This document shows positions 28,675 through 43,505 of a DNA stretch of 64,000 nt, piece by piece. The stretch lies in assembly GCF_009914755.1 (NCBI RefSeq), contig NC_060930.1. One strand, written 5' to 3'. The notes beneath the pieces were generated by a model. It was not told where the DNA came from. It saw only the letters and a list, made by a program, of their open reading frames with translations, and did no database searches. The position numbers and the translations under genes are program-made. Origin of the DNA: the human T2T-CHM13v2.0 reference genome, Homo sapiens. Each line of letters starts with the position of its first letter. Within the stretch, counting starts at the first letter, position 1.

Positions 28675-29376
28675 TCGCAGTCATATATTATAAAACCTTT
28701 AAGAAGAAAAAGCAAAAGGAAAGAATTCTGTATTTACCGAGCTGTTTACCATCTCTAATGCTCTTCATTGCTTTGTGAGGATATGCACTTCCATCAGATA
28801 CCATTTCCTTTCCGTTTGAAGAACTTCGTTTAACATTTCTTACAGTGCACGTCTGCTGACAACAAATTGTGTTTTCTTTTATCTAGAAATGTCTTTAGCT
28901 GTGAAAGAGTATCTTCACTTAGAAGTGAAGAACTCTGGATTGACAGCTTTTTTCTTCTATCACTTTAAAGATGCCTATTTCACTCTCTCTGGCCTCCATA
29001 ATTTCTGATGTTAAGCCAGAAGTTGAGTCCAATGTTCTTCTCCTGTATGTAGCAGGTAGTTGTTCAACTGCTGCTGACTAGATCTGTTTTTTAGCTTTGG
29101 CTTTAACAGTTTATGGCAGTGTGGCATTTTTTGTCTTTATCTTTTTTGCTGTTTGTTGAGCATTATGAATCTGTAAATTTGTATCTGCCATAAATTTGGG
29201 AAATTGCCAGCCATTATTTCTTCAAATATTTTTTCCTGCCTGATTCTCTCTTTGCTTGCCTTCTAGGACCACAATTATCCATGTGTTAAGACCATTTGAT
29301 TATATTGAACAGGTCTCTAGAAAACTTGCCCAAACATTTCCCTCTCTATTCTTCATATTGGATAATATCCACTGAT

Positions 29377-29575
29377 CTATCTTCAAGTTCCTTTATTCTT
29401 TCCTCAGTTATCATCACTGTGCTATTTAAGTCCAGTCAGTATTTTTGCTTTATTTCAGAAACTGTATTTTTCGGTTCTAAATTTTTCATTTTAAAAATTG
29501 TTTCTATGTCTCTGCTGATATCTCCTATTAAATTGTTGCTAACATATTTTATTTTACTTCATTGCGGATAAAGTG
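29377..29575 (+). repeat. Direct duplication copy 1 (~195 bp, old L1M-derived)
   Basis: Aligns to 31165-31359 with about 9 substitutions and two 2-bp indels by eye. Confidence 0.95.
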
Positions 29576-29593
29576 CATTAAAACCTTTGTCTG

Positions 29594-31164
<1,571 letters not shown>

Positions 31165-31167
<3 letters not shown>

Positions 31168-31359
31168 TTTTCAAGTTCCTTTACTCTTTCCTCAGTTATC
31201 CTCACTGCTATTTAAGCCCAGTCAGTATTTTTGCTTTATTTCAGAAATTATATTTTTTGGTTCTAAATTTTTCATTTTAAAAATTGTTTCTATGTCTGCT
31301 GATATCTCCTATTAAATTGTTGCTAACGTATTTTATTTTACTTCATTGTGGATAAAGTG
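31165..31359 (+). repeat. Direct duplication copy 2
   Basis: tcaagttccttta...ggataaagtg, repeated from 29377-29575. Confidence 0.95.
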
Positions 31360-32859
31360 GTCTTGGTTCTCAGGGATTTGTGTCTGGCTAGAGGGGTTGT
31401 AGGAAGGTGGTACGAGAATCTTTTTTTAACATGTGACGAGATGATAATGATAACAACCATGAAAATATCAACAGTGACCACAAGAAGAAAACCAACGGCT
31501 TCCAGTCATGGTAAAACACTGTTGAAGGCACAAGACAAGCTTCACTGCCCACTTTGTCTAGGATTTTCTGTGCCTAGACAGGAGAAAGACACTCTGATAT
31601 CCTACTGCCTTTCATTAGCCAAACTGCAAACAAGTTACCCAAAGACCCAGGTCTTGTCCGTAAGATGTTTATTGCTATATATTTCTAACCTGGCCAGGTA
31701 CAGAAAGGCTTTCCAGTAATACACGTAATAAACCTCAATGTAATAAATCCTCCTCTGGGGGAGCAGAAATGAGATGAGATCAGCACACAAAAAGCATAAT
31801 GGCCCTAGTATAGAGTAATATGCAACTGTGTTTAAAGCAAAGCTAAAATAATTATGGCTGCTGCTCTAATTGAGGAGTGATATATTAAATATATCTTTCA
31901 GAACAGTTCACAGATCTATATGAAAATCTTTGCAACAGAACCAACAAATGTTCAGTGACAAAAATGTATGCAAGTTTAGTCTATGCATAATTATTTTATG
32001 AATATTACATAAAATATATTTGACTTTTAGAAACCTAATCTTGATTTAAAAACTAGTTAAAATTTGTAACTTTTCTGAAAACATTACACAACACGCTTAT
32101 GAAACTAACAGAATATCCCATAGCACGTGATCAAAACAGAAATACACACCACCACCTTGTACCAAATCCAGAATAAAAATATAATCTCTTCTATTTCTTC
32201 CCTTTAAAAAAATCTACATGCAAAGATGACAAGAGACAGGAGAATGAGTCAGTGTGCTCAGCCTAAGGCAATGATGCTTGTTTTGCAATGCCCAAATCAT
32301 TTCTAGAATATGCTCTTTCATGGTACACTGATAAAGAAAGTCTTAGTAAAAAACCAAGTGATTTCTAATAGCTCTTTCCCATTCAAGTGAGGCCAGCTCA
32401 GCTAACTCACATGAAGCCATGCTGTGACCCACAAAGAACATGGGTGTGCTGGAAATGAAATGCCACTGGAGCACTGAAGTACCTTGAACCTCCCTAATTT
32501 GTTTTCTCAGCTGCCTCGTTAACTTGCTCCAGGTCCTGGTTTCTCTCTCGGCTTTCATCTAACTTATTTCATATTCATCTCCTCTTACCCACTAAACCAG
32601 GGTTCTGTAACTCAAGTAGCTCTTGAAATCCCCCTTTCTTCCAAGAAGTCCCCCCTGACTTGTTGGAATAGTAGTCCTTGAACTCCCTCACTTGGGTATG
32701 GGGTTTTTAGGCCTTTACCTTCCACTCTGAGCCATAAAAGCACTACCGGTTTCCGTGTTGCTACTGTTTATTAGCCTCTGGAATTGATGAACTTTCTCTG
32801 AGCTGTGACCCAGGTGGATGGATGTCAGAAAGCATATTCCGCTGGAAGGAAGAGCTGAG

Positions 32860-33080
32860 CAGTAGTGAAGTCAAGGACATACAGAGCCAGAGTGTGAACA
32901 TGAGTCCTGCTACTTACTGCCTTGCAGTCTTACGGAAGTCACCAACCTCTCTCTAAGCCCTGATTCCTTCCTCTGCTAAATGGACGTGGCGGTAAGCTAG
33001 CCCACATGTATCATAAGGCTGTTGTGAGGATTCAACGAGGCACTTCATGGTGTGCCTCGCACATGGTAAGTCCCCAGCAA
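32860..33080. mobile_element. MIR
   Basis: agtcaccaacctctctctaagcc...gttgtgaggattcaacgag. Confidence 0.6.
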
Positions 33081-33229
33081 ACAGAATTAGCAGGACCTGA
33101 CAGATGGTTTCTGACAATGTGTTTACCAATACAGGGTTAACCAGAATGTAAGTATTTTGAGTGTTAACAGTAGAAATATGAAAATGTTGAAATAAAGACA
33201 CTTAGGGAAAAATGTCAAGTAAATTACAA

Positions 33230-34752
33230 CTTACATTAAAGGCAGATTCTTTATTGGCTGAATGTGCTGTAGTAGATATTTAAAATATCACAAACATTCA
33301 TGATTGCAGTTTTTAAACTTAGCTCACAGTTGAGTTAGATACAACAGTTAACATACTTAGGAAAGACAATTCTTAACAGCTTTATCAAGCACATTTGTGA
33401 AAGATTAAACTTTCATTTCCAGTTACCATGATGTCCCCCCATACACCAAATGAACCAACACATTTATTTATTTTAAATAATGGAAACTGTACATGGCTAC
33501 ACTGTGCTCTAAAATTACTTGCATTAATGAGGACATTAATTTTAGCATTTAAAAAAAGAGATTTAAAAATAACCATAGAAAAACTTGAAAACCCTGACAA
33601 GCCGACTACAAAGAGAATTCCTCTCTGAAAATTTTCAGATGCGACGGTATGAGGGAGTTGGGTGGGCTGCTGACTCTGAGAGAAGTCCCGGTGACCTGAA
33701 CCTATTCCAGTGAAGCCAGTCAGCAGTGAATGTGGGGCAAGTGCATGCGGCTGGTCTACAGCTCCCATTGCCTGGTGACCAAGGAGCATCCTGAAGTTTC
33801 AGAGAAGAGACTGTGTGACAGCAGCATTGTTCCAGCTACTGAGCAAGATCCTTCAGCAGGTAAGAAGTGGCAGAGACAGTCACCTGCTGAAGGAGCGGGC
33901 AGGGAGTTGGCCGTCCACGCGGAGCCTGGCCTTTCCGTTAGGGGACCCTGAAGTCTGCGACCGCCCCGCCAACACCTGAGAGTGTAACACAGTGCCCGTT
34001 ACACATTCACACTCCATCACAGATAACACACAGGGCCTCAGGGACTGCAACACGTGCATGTGTAGTGACGCACGACAAATTAAGAGTGAGTGAGAATGAA
34101 AGCTCATGCTTAGCCCTGTGAAAAATAAAAATCAGATAGCAAAACGCAAAGTTAAATCACAGACACCTGGACAACAAATAATCTACCCCAGTTGTAATAT
34201 GTATTTTAATGGAGACCATAAATTTTTCCAAAAACCCGCTTGAATTAGAAAACTTAAGGCCATTTATATGAAATAAGGGTTTTAAGCACAGCTGTACAGT
34301 TTAGGACAGTAAGAGCTCCAAAGATGTCTACATAGCTTTCCAAATCTCGTATCAGTCAGTCTCTCCGTGTGTCGTGGGAGCTGCCTGCGCTTCCGTGAAC
34401 GGGACACTGAGAAATGCTTCAATATGTGCCACGCCATTCCAGAAAACTCCCTGCAGAAGCAGCTCTTCCTGCAGCACTCAACCTTCTGCTGAGATGCAAA
34501 ATATATTTTAAAATGTATTTTAAAGTCATACAGGATCTGATCTAGTAAGAATGGCAAAACAAATACTTCCTGGGCATTTCAAATGAGGTCATTTTGGTTG
34601 AAATGTATACCAACAATTTTCGAAGTCAGAGGAAGAAAAAAGAGAAAAATGGCAAACCCAATGTTTAATACACCAAATACCTTTAGGGTACTTAGAGAGT
34701 GAACAGTCTTATTACGTGTTATTTTCCTGGACTTCTTTTATGTGGCAGATAT
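33230..34752 (-). other. EXOC2: EXOC2 3' UTR (~1.5 kb, end approximate)
   Basis: Sequence with no recognisable repeat following the stop codon, ending shortly after AATAAA at 33255-33250, with U/GU-rich sequence beyond. Confidence 0.75.
33250..33255 (-). terminator. EXOC2: Polyadenylation signal AATAAA, probable main EXOC2 3' end
   Basis: tttatt on the plus strand. The minus strand continues AATAAAGAATCTGCCTTTAATGTAAGTTGTAATTTACTTG. Confidence 0.7.
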
Positions 34753-34846
34753 TTATGTTTTCATCATGGTTGAAGAAGCTGCTTGGAAACAGGTGAGCTG
34801 CAAGTGCATGCTACTCTTGAACTTGTTCAGGAGCTCTTCCAGTAAC
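34753..34846 (-). CDS. EXOC2: EXOC2 terminal exon, coding part: (K)[30 protein letters not shown]
   Basis: ctgcag|GTTACTG... with TAA stop at 34755-34753. 94 nt = 1 + 31 codons. Matches the EXOC2 C-terminus. Confidence 0.96.
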
Positions 34847-35480
34847 CTGCAGGACGGAGACACTTGTTTTACAGCCCGACAGATGGGGCGGCCTAGCAAC
34901 GCAAGAAAACACCAGGGGAGCCAGTGCCCGGCTCTGCCTGGGCTTGCTGTGTGGAGAAGGCAGCTGAAAAGTTCTACCTATGGATCCTTAACTCAGCAAA
35001 AGAAACACATCAATCAAAGAAGTTGATCAAATAGGATAAACTGATAACGTATTTATGTTTGTACAGAAACATCTCCTTCCTATCCCCTCCCAAGATTAGA
35101 TTCCTCCCTAATACAGACTGATGTTTGGGCCTATTCTTTTTTAGAAATTCAACTCTAAAATAATTTACACACCTTCAAATTCACTTTTTGTTAGATGGTT
35201 CTATGAACGCTGGCAAAGCCATACCGGAGTGTAACAGGCTACAGCACGTGGCATGGCTGCACCCTTTCCCCTGCTGCCCCTCTAGTCAGCCTCTTCCCTA
35301 ACCCCATCTCCCAGCAGCCACTGCTGACTTTCCCTTCCTCTCATTTTGTATTAACAGGTATTAGAGAGTGGGGAGCGAAAGCAGTGAGTTAACCACCAGG
35401 GCAAGCAGGGTTAGGGCTAATTCCACTAGGCAAATCGCTTTGCTGCCTGATATCGCAATCTGTTTCCCCAACTGATGTGA

Positions 35481-35790
<310 letters not shown>

Positions 35791-37063
35791 AAGTCATCTA
35801 ATTTTTAAAGCTAGGAAGGATCTTAGAGTTTTCCTGGTTTGGATGCAGCAACCAAGAACTGGGTTTAACAGTACTGAGGTCAAGAGATTATTTCACGGTT
35901 TAACAATGTTCAATATTAGAATGCTATCCCCACAGCAAATCTAAAATATAGTCCTGACCTGGGGCCATTTCAGGGTGTGTATTGTTCGTGACACACTACC
36001 TTTTGAGCCCTGTTCCACATATGAAACGTAGCAGTGACTGTTTCAATCTTTTATCATATTTATTTTAAAGAAATGAACAGGGTTTGGAACCAATTCAAAT
36101 AGAGGATGGAAGTTAGAGAAGCAGCAAGAAAAAGGAAGAAAGGGCTGATTGTGCAGGCACTGTCTGCACAGCTGCCATGTGCCCACGTGGGATGCGTGCG
36201 GGGCGGGGCGGCGATGCCCCCGGGGACTGATGGTGGAAGGGCTGGTCTGCTGCCTGCTCTGTGCGTCGATGCCATGTGACAGCTCCCCCCCATGGCCCAG
36301 CCTATGTGATCTCTCTGCCCTGCACTGAGTCTGCACTGCATTCACGGTGCCAGCATTTCAGTCAGTGCACCACATGTGCCTGTCTATGGGCCCGGCAGCC
36401 ACGTGCAGGGCGGGTGGTGAAGGAATGAAGACTGCCTCAGCTCGGGGGAGCCTGGGCATTTATGAAATTTACCTGGCCTAGATTTTCTCTTAGGTCCGTT
36501 TCCTGTTCTATGAGTAGTAAAGTTTAAATTCAGGTTGAGATCATCAGTGTGGTCTAATGAAATATATATGTATATATAAAACTTTATTATGCCATATGTG
36601 CACATCTACTTTCATAACATTTTGTATTTTATAGAACACAAAATAAATACTACTGAATTACTCAAAAATTAAAAAAAAAATCACTGACTCCTGCATTTTA
36701 CTATGCTGTCTTCTTTTTTCCATTACTTCTTATGTATGCTACTAATACAGTTTACTGAATAAGTCATAGATAGCTTTCTTAAGACCTTTTCTATACCAGT
36801 CACTTGAAACGAGAGCCAACTTCTAAATTCTCCTAAACCCAGAAGAAAGGTCTTACCTTATTCTGTCACTCAGAAGACATGCAAGTTACAGGTGACGAGA
36901 TGTACCTACTAACGCTATTAAGTAGGTATATCTGCTTATTCTGATTCTTATTTGGATTCTGCTCTTCCTAGAATCCAAATCATTATTTTTAAAAGGTATT
37001 TTAGGAAACAAAACCTTGTTGAGCACATTCAACTGGCTCCTAAGAACAGCACACAGGACTTAC

Positions 37064-37123
37064 TTTTTATCTGCTCCACTGGAAAGCTGGGGCAGGGCTT
37101 CCAAAGCCTGCTTAAAACTTGAC
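37064..37123 (-). CDS. EXOC2: EXOC2 penultimate exon: (K)SSFKQALEALPQLSSGADK(K)
   Basis: gtttcag|GTCAAG...ATAAAAA|gtaagt. 60 nt, phase 2 to 2. Matches the end of ORF 37060..37341. Confidence 0.96.
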
Positions 37124-39209
37124 CTGAAACACAAACAGCCACACTGAAGTTGAAGCCTTGCACAGGAGAACTGCTGACAAATTCTTAAGCATCCCTTAAT
37201 TATTGAGAAGCCAATAAAAGCCAGTGAAGCAAGGAAATATGAGAAAAAGTAAAAGTGAAAAACAATAGAAAAAGTAAAAGTAAAAGCGAAGGTGTAGCTA
37301 CCAGGTGGAGGCTTTGTAGCAACGGGGTCAGAAAAACTCAAATAGGAAATGAAACGCTACTTGAAAAGCTAAAGGAAAAACATCTTCGAAAGGATGCTAG
37401 TGATAGAGGAGAGCTTAATGTGAACATGTTTAATTTAAAAGGAGTCTTTTCAAAACAAGCAGCTGGGGATAATCCAGTTACTCTAAGAAATGGGGATGAC
37501 CTTCTGAAAGATGACACAGTGGGGTGTTTACAGTATTTGGCCTGCACAGGGCCTGATCTACAGCCAATGTCTTGTAATAATTACAGTCTACTTAAAACTT
37601 GTAGAAAAATGGAGAGCTATATAGATGCTTTAAAAATTCAATGTAAGTTCTTTACATGAAGGTAAAAGGAAAGAATTTTAAAAAGAAAACTGTGGGATGT
37701 TTAGCTTTTACAAGGAGAAAGTATTAGAAAAATTACCAAACCAAATGAAAAGCATCATAGGGGAGACTGTGGTAATTAACTTGTACCATTCACAAAGGAA
37801 CAGTTCTTTTATCTCTCTTATGATTGGTTAAGGTGAAGAAATACTGCAATTCTTGACTTTAGGGGGTCGTTGCTTTTATATTGTAAAAACATCCTCAATC
37901 TACCAGGAAATACGTTTTTGAGCAATATTCCTCAAATCAGGGGCAAGTGTCACAGCAACAGAGAGAAAGACTGAAAAGTTCCAACAGAGTCATAAAACCC
38001 GGTGCTGGGCATCTCCAGCTGCTCCCGGGAGGGCGCGGTGGGGTGTGGGACGGGTGGCTTGGCGCACTCGGGTCCCTTCCCACATTCAGCGGCCTCTTTC
38101 CTGGTGTGGAAGCCACTGCCGCTACCTCCACCATCAGCTTGTTTCTTATGAACCTCTTTTTGATTAATTGAAAGAAATGTGATGTAATTGTTTTGACAGT
38201 ATGACAATAATGATAAACATACTACATATTATTGGCAGGGTACTGAAAATTAAAAAGTGATTTGGCACATTTTCTCATTTAACACCCTCAAAAGCTTGCC
38301 TAGAATATTTTAAACTTCCTCTATAGATGAGTACCTTATACTCTAAAACTAAGTCAGCAGGAAGAGGGTAGGCATTTGCATGAAGTGTGCACACATCCAA
38401 CATGGGCTGGGTGCTTTCCATCCTGTTAGTATGTTGTACAGACAAACGATGGCTGGGAAAAGGTGTGGCTCAACAGTGAACATGGCCCACTAAAAATGGC
38501 TGCTGGTGAGCTGTGACCGACGGGAATGAAAGGCTAACTTCATTGGTTAGGAAAAAATGGAAAACGTATTTTCAGTTGCAAAGCTGACAGAATGACAGCA
38601 AGCCATGTTATCAGATGCTGGAAATGAGTGAGTAAGCATATTACAGTGTCCTCAAACATTTCATTTGCATACGACTTGGCTTCTCAGGCACATCAACACT
38701 ATAACCCAGTATTTCCTAGGTAATGTTGCCCACGTAGTAAACAATTTTGCACAGACAAACAGTAGTTCTGCTTCACTTCACCTACTGATATTTCAATGGT
38801 AGGAAATCCTGACTTTCATTCAAAACAGCTAAAAATTATCAAATTTCCACTACAAAATTTTGCAGAGAAACCACAAGGCTTCCTCTTATACTGATATTTA
38901 CAGCACTTGAGCTGTCCTTCAGAGTCTGCTATGAACAGACTAAGACTCAGTTCTTATCCTCTTTTGCTTTAAGAAGTATGTCATACTCTGCTGTATTATA
39001 AGACTAAGATTTGTCAGTAGTAAATGAAAAAATTATATTAAACCCCTTTCATTTACATTGTGTTACAAAGTGGCCTTGACATAAACTTTATCACATCACA
39101 AATTCATGAGCATGTGCTCTGATCAGTCATCTTTACAGAGGACAGAATTGACTAGTAAGACAACCTTTATTTTTAATAGAGCACTCAACTAAAGAACACT
39201 GCCACTTAC

Positions 39210-39271
39210 TTGCTTTCGGGTGTCAGGTAAACAGCCACAGTGTCCCTCAAAGCACAGATTTCAAGTCTCGC
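39210..39271 (-). CDS. EXOC2: EXOC2 coding exon: [20 protein letters not shown](K)
   Basis: ttttcag|GCGAGA...AGCAA|gtaagt. 62 nt, phase 0 to 2, continues the frame. Confidence 0.95.
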
Positions 39272-39724
39272 CTGAAAATGAGAAAAAGACAAAGTGACAA
39301 CAGGAAAATTTATATTATCAAATATAAACAAGTACTAAGGTTAAGGGTCTCCAGCCTGCTCATCGTAGGATGGGGTTGGCGTAATACCACCATGGTGACC
39401 GCCAGTCATGAGTAGAGTTTCTAAAACAGTCCGAAGAAATTTGCTACCACAAAATGTTCGTTGACTGAAAATTAACTTGTAGTCAAGGATGACTGTGTGA
39501 GGGCAGGGAACTAGATATCTCACTATGAAAAGTACAAACTGTGTCATGATTTTCCAGCCATCTGTATTTACTCTCTAACCACTAATTTTTCTTTTAGTCT
39601 TGCAAGAGGAAAGACACTTTGAAACACTGCCCTGAAAGGGCCCGTGTCCCACAGAGGTAAGGATGTGGCTTGGCATGCTTCCTGACACCTATGCCCTTGC
39701 AGGCACACTGCCTTAATCTCAAAA

Positions 39725-41020
39725 CCTAAACTCTGCTCTATGGATTCAATGCAATCTCTATTAAAATCACAGCTGCTTTTTTTTTCCTTAATGGAAACTG
39801 GCAAGCTGATTGTAAAATTCATAAGGAAATGCAAGGCACTCAGAACAGCCAAAACAATCTTAGAGTAACACATTTAGAGGCCTCAGACTTTCTGACTTCA
39901 GCCATACTCCAAAGCTAAAATATATTTAAATATTGTATACCCTCATATTTATGATCAACTGCTATTCAACAAGGGTGCCAAGACCACTCAGTGGGGGAAG
40001 AACAGTCTGTTCAACAAATGGTGCTAGGGCAACTGGATATCCACATGCAGAAGAATGAAGTTGAATCCTTTCCTTAACACAAAAATTAACACGGATCACA
40101 GATCTAAATGTAAGAAACTTATGAAACTATCAGAAGAAACCCAGTGTAAATCTTTGTGACCTTAGGCTAGGAAACCCTTCTTAGAAATCATGCCGAAAGT
40201 ATAAACAACAAAACAGATAAAGTGGACTTCACCAAAATTAAAAATCCAGTGCTACAAAGACACCATCCAGAATGTGAAAGGACGACCCACAGAATGAGGT
40301 ATCACTTCACACCCACTAGGATGGCTATAATCAATAAGAGACAATAACAAATAATGGTGAGGATGTAGAGACATTGGAACCCTCAAAAATTGCTGGTAGG
40401 AATGTCTGCCACTTTGGAGAACCGTCTGGCAGTTCCTCAGAAGATTAAGTATAGAGTAACCACATGACCTAGCAATTCCGCTCCTTGGTATGCACGCACG
40501 AGACATGAAAACACATGTCCACACAAGAACTTGTATAGGAGTGTTCACAGAAGCATTCTGCATATTAATCAAAGGTGGGAAAACCACAAATGCCCATCAG
40601 CTGATGAATGGATAAATAAAATGTGGCATATTTAAAGTGGAATATTATATGTAAAAAGAAGCGAGGCACTGGCATATGTCACAACATGGATGAACCCTGA
40701 AACATTACGCTACATGAAAGAAGCCAGTCACAAAGGGTCATATTTTCATGTTTCCATTTATACGAAATTTTCAGAGTAGACAAATCATAGAGATAGAAAG
40801 CCAATTGGTAGTTGTCTGTAGGGGGAAAGGGTGGTTTGGGAGGCAAATGATTAGACTTAATGGGTCAGGGGTTTCTTTTGGGATGAAATGTTCTAAAATT
40901 GATGATGGTGATGACTGGACAGCTCTTTGAATATACCAAAAATCATTGAATTGCATATTCTTTTTCTATTGTAGACAGATCGTATGCTATGTGAAATATT
41001 TCATAAAAGTTTTAAGAAAA
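39725..41020 (+). mobile_element. L1M (MB/MC-like) 3' region
   Basis: ttcaacaaatggtgctagggcaactggatatccacatgc, cacacccactaggatggcta, caacatggatgaaccctgaaacatta. Confidence 0.85.
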
Positions 41021-42974
41021 AAGTTAAGCTTTCACTTCTACGCAAGCATGAATAAGTGTGATCTGACATACAAGTCAGTTTCCTGGGAGCTCCAGCAGAC
41101 CCACTGACAATGATAACTTGATGTTCTGAAGTAGGTGCCCACAGTGAGTGGGACACACAGGAGAACATTTAAAAGAAATATCCCTTATTCTCAAGGAGTG
41201 GACAAAACATAAAACAATGACAAAAGACACAGCCAGCTCTTCACAGTTTATTAGAAATTCTGTAAGCCATCTAGATCAAAGCAGATATATATGACACAGG
41301 ATATTCAGTGACCTTTTTCTGTTTGGAAGGCAATTGTTTGGTTTCATTTTTTCAGTCCCTTAGAAGCCTGAAAAACAGTATATAACTAGAAAGTTACAAA
41401 TGCTAGAAAGTATGACAATTTCTGTCTCTATTTTGTTTATATTCTAGTATAGGTAAAAACAGACCTACCAGGAAAAAAGGTAGAACTTTCAGCTGACCAT
41501 TTTAGGAGAAAGATTAAATTACTACAAAACCAATCTTCTGGTAGAAATTTTATTCAATCAAGGTGATAGAGTGTTTTAATTAACCTGTAAGTTATGCCAA
41601 TTATAAAAACTGTGGTTAGCTATATAATACCTACAAAACTGTAATCCAGAAAACATCATGCTAAAAGATCTGCCAAAATCACCAAACTGTCACTCCCCTT
41701 TTCACCAAGCTCTCAGGACAGTTCTGGAGTTTGGCACCTAATTGCCTATCAAAGGTTAACCTGCTATCCCTCTTAGAGCTATGGCCTCAAGGAAGGAAGC
41801 TCTCAAAGTCATTCTCAGTGGGAGAGTGAAGCGGGAGTTTAGACTCACGACCTTTTTCAAAATACACATGTCTGTCCAGGCCCGAGGAGGTCTCAAAAAC
41901 TGGAGGCTGGAACAGTTTGATGGCCAGTAGTTTCTGGACATGTGTACGTGAAAAAATTTTCCAGCTAATTCTGAGATCACTTTCCAACCTCTCCCTGCTG
42001 GTTTTGAGAGTGGTTTAGCCATCAGATAAATGGATTACGGAGGTAATGTGTAGAGAGGGCAGATGCCTGTTAAAATTCTAAGACTGCTAAGGCCCACAGT
42101 AGCGACTGCGACTGCCTGTTAATTCATCTGTAGTATTACACAGTTTATACTACTCATCTCCTGTGATGGAACTATTATAATAACCATGACCTTTCAACTT
42201 AAACGATAATATCAAAGATCTGATACATCAATTTTCAGAGAAAACTGGTGGCAAATGGAAACACAGCAGAAGCTTTTGCAACAGATTCTCCCCTAACCAA
42301 ATTAACAAGTGCTCTCTGCTCTTTTTCTTTCCCAAATATGTATTTTGAAAAAATTTCAAATGTATGGAGGCTCTGAAAGAACTTTACAGTGAATGCCTGT
42401 TTACTCACAGGCTCTCCCAGTAACACAGCCTCACATGACCACATGGCTTCCATCCGTCACTCAGTCCTGTAGTTCTGATCCACTTCAGTGTGCATATCAT
42501 TAACTACAGTGGACTATTTGCACCCGTTTTTTTTTTTTATAGTTAGAATGTACATACTACACAACAGACAAATCTCGAAGTGTGGCATTTGATGAGTTTT
42601 GACTGATGTATACACCTGTGATGGAAACCCAGATCACAATACAGAACCAGTACCCTGTGACGATCCCTAAGGCCCCACCCTAGGAACCCCCACCACCCAC
42701 AGGAAGCCACTGTTCTGAGTTTCTCATCACAGTTAGTTTTATTTGTTCTAGAACTTCATGTAAATGAAAACTATACAGTATACGTATATGTCTGTGTAAG
42801 GATTCCTTCATTTCGCATAATGCTCCTGGGATTCACTGTGCTGTATCAGTAATTTATTCTCTTTAATGTGGAATAGTATTTGACTGTATGAATATATTAG
42901 TTTATTTACTGTATTGATGGACACCTGGGTTTTCAGTTTTTGATTATGAATAAAATTGACTACGAACATTCTTA

Positions 42975-43505
<531 letters not shown>

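Larger units (their letters stand above)
27350..29593 (-). mobile_element. Old L1M element hosting the tRNA half and the L1PA insertion
   Basis: Antisense L1M motifs (tttaattccactgtgggcagaga, cagcatatagttggg, aaatttgggaaattgccagccattatttcttcaaata). Confidence 0.75.
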
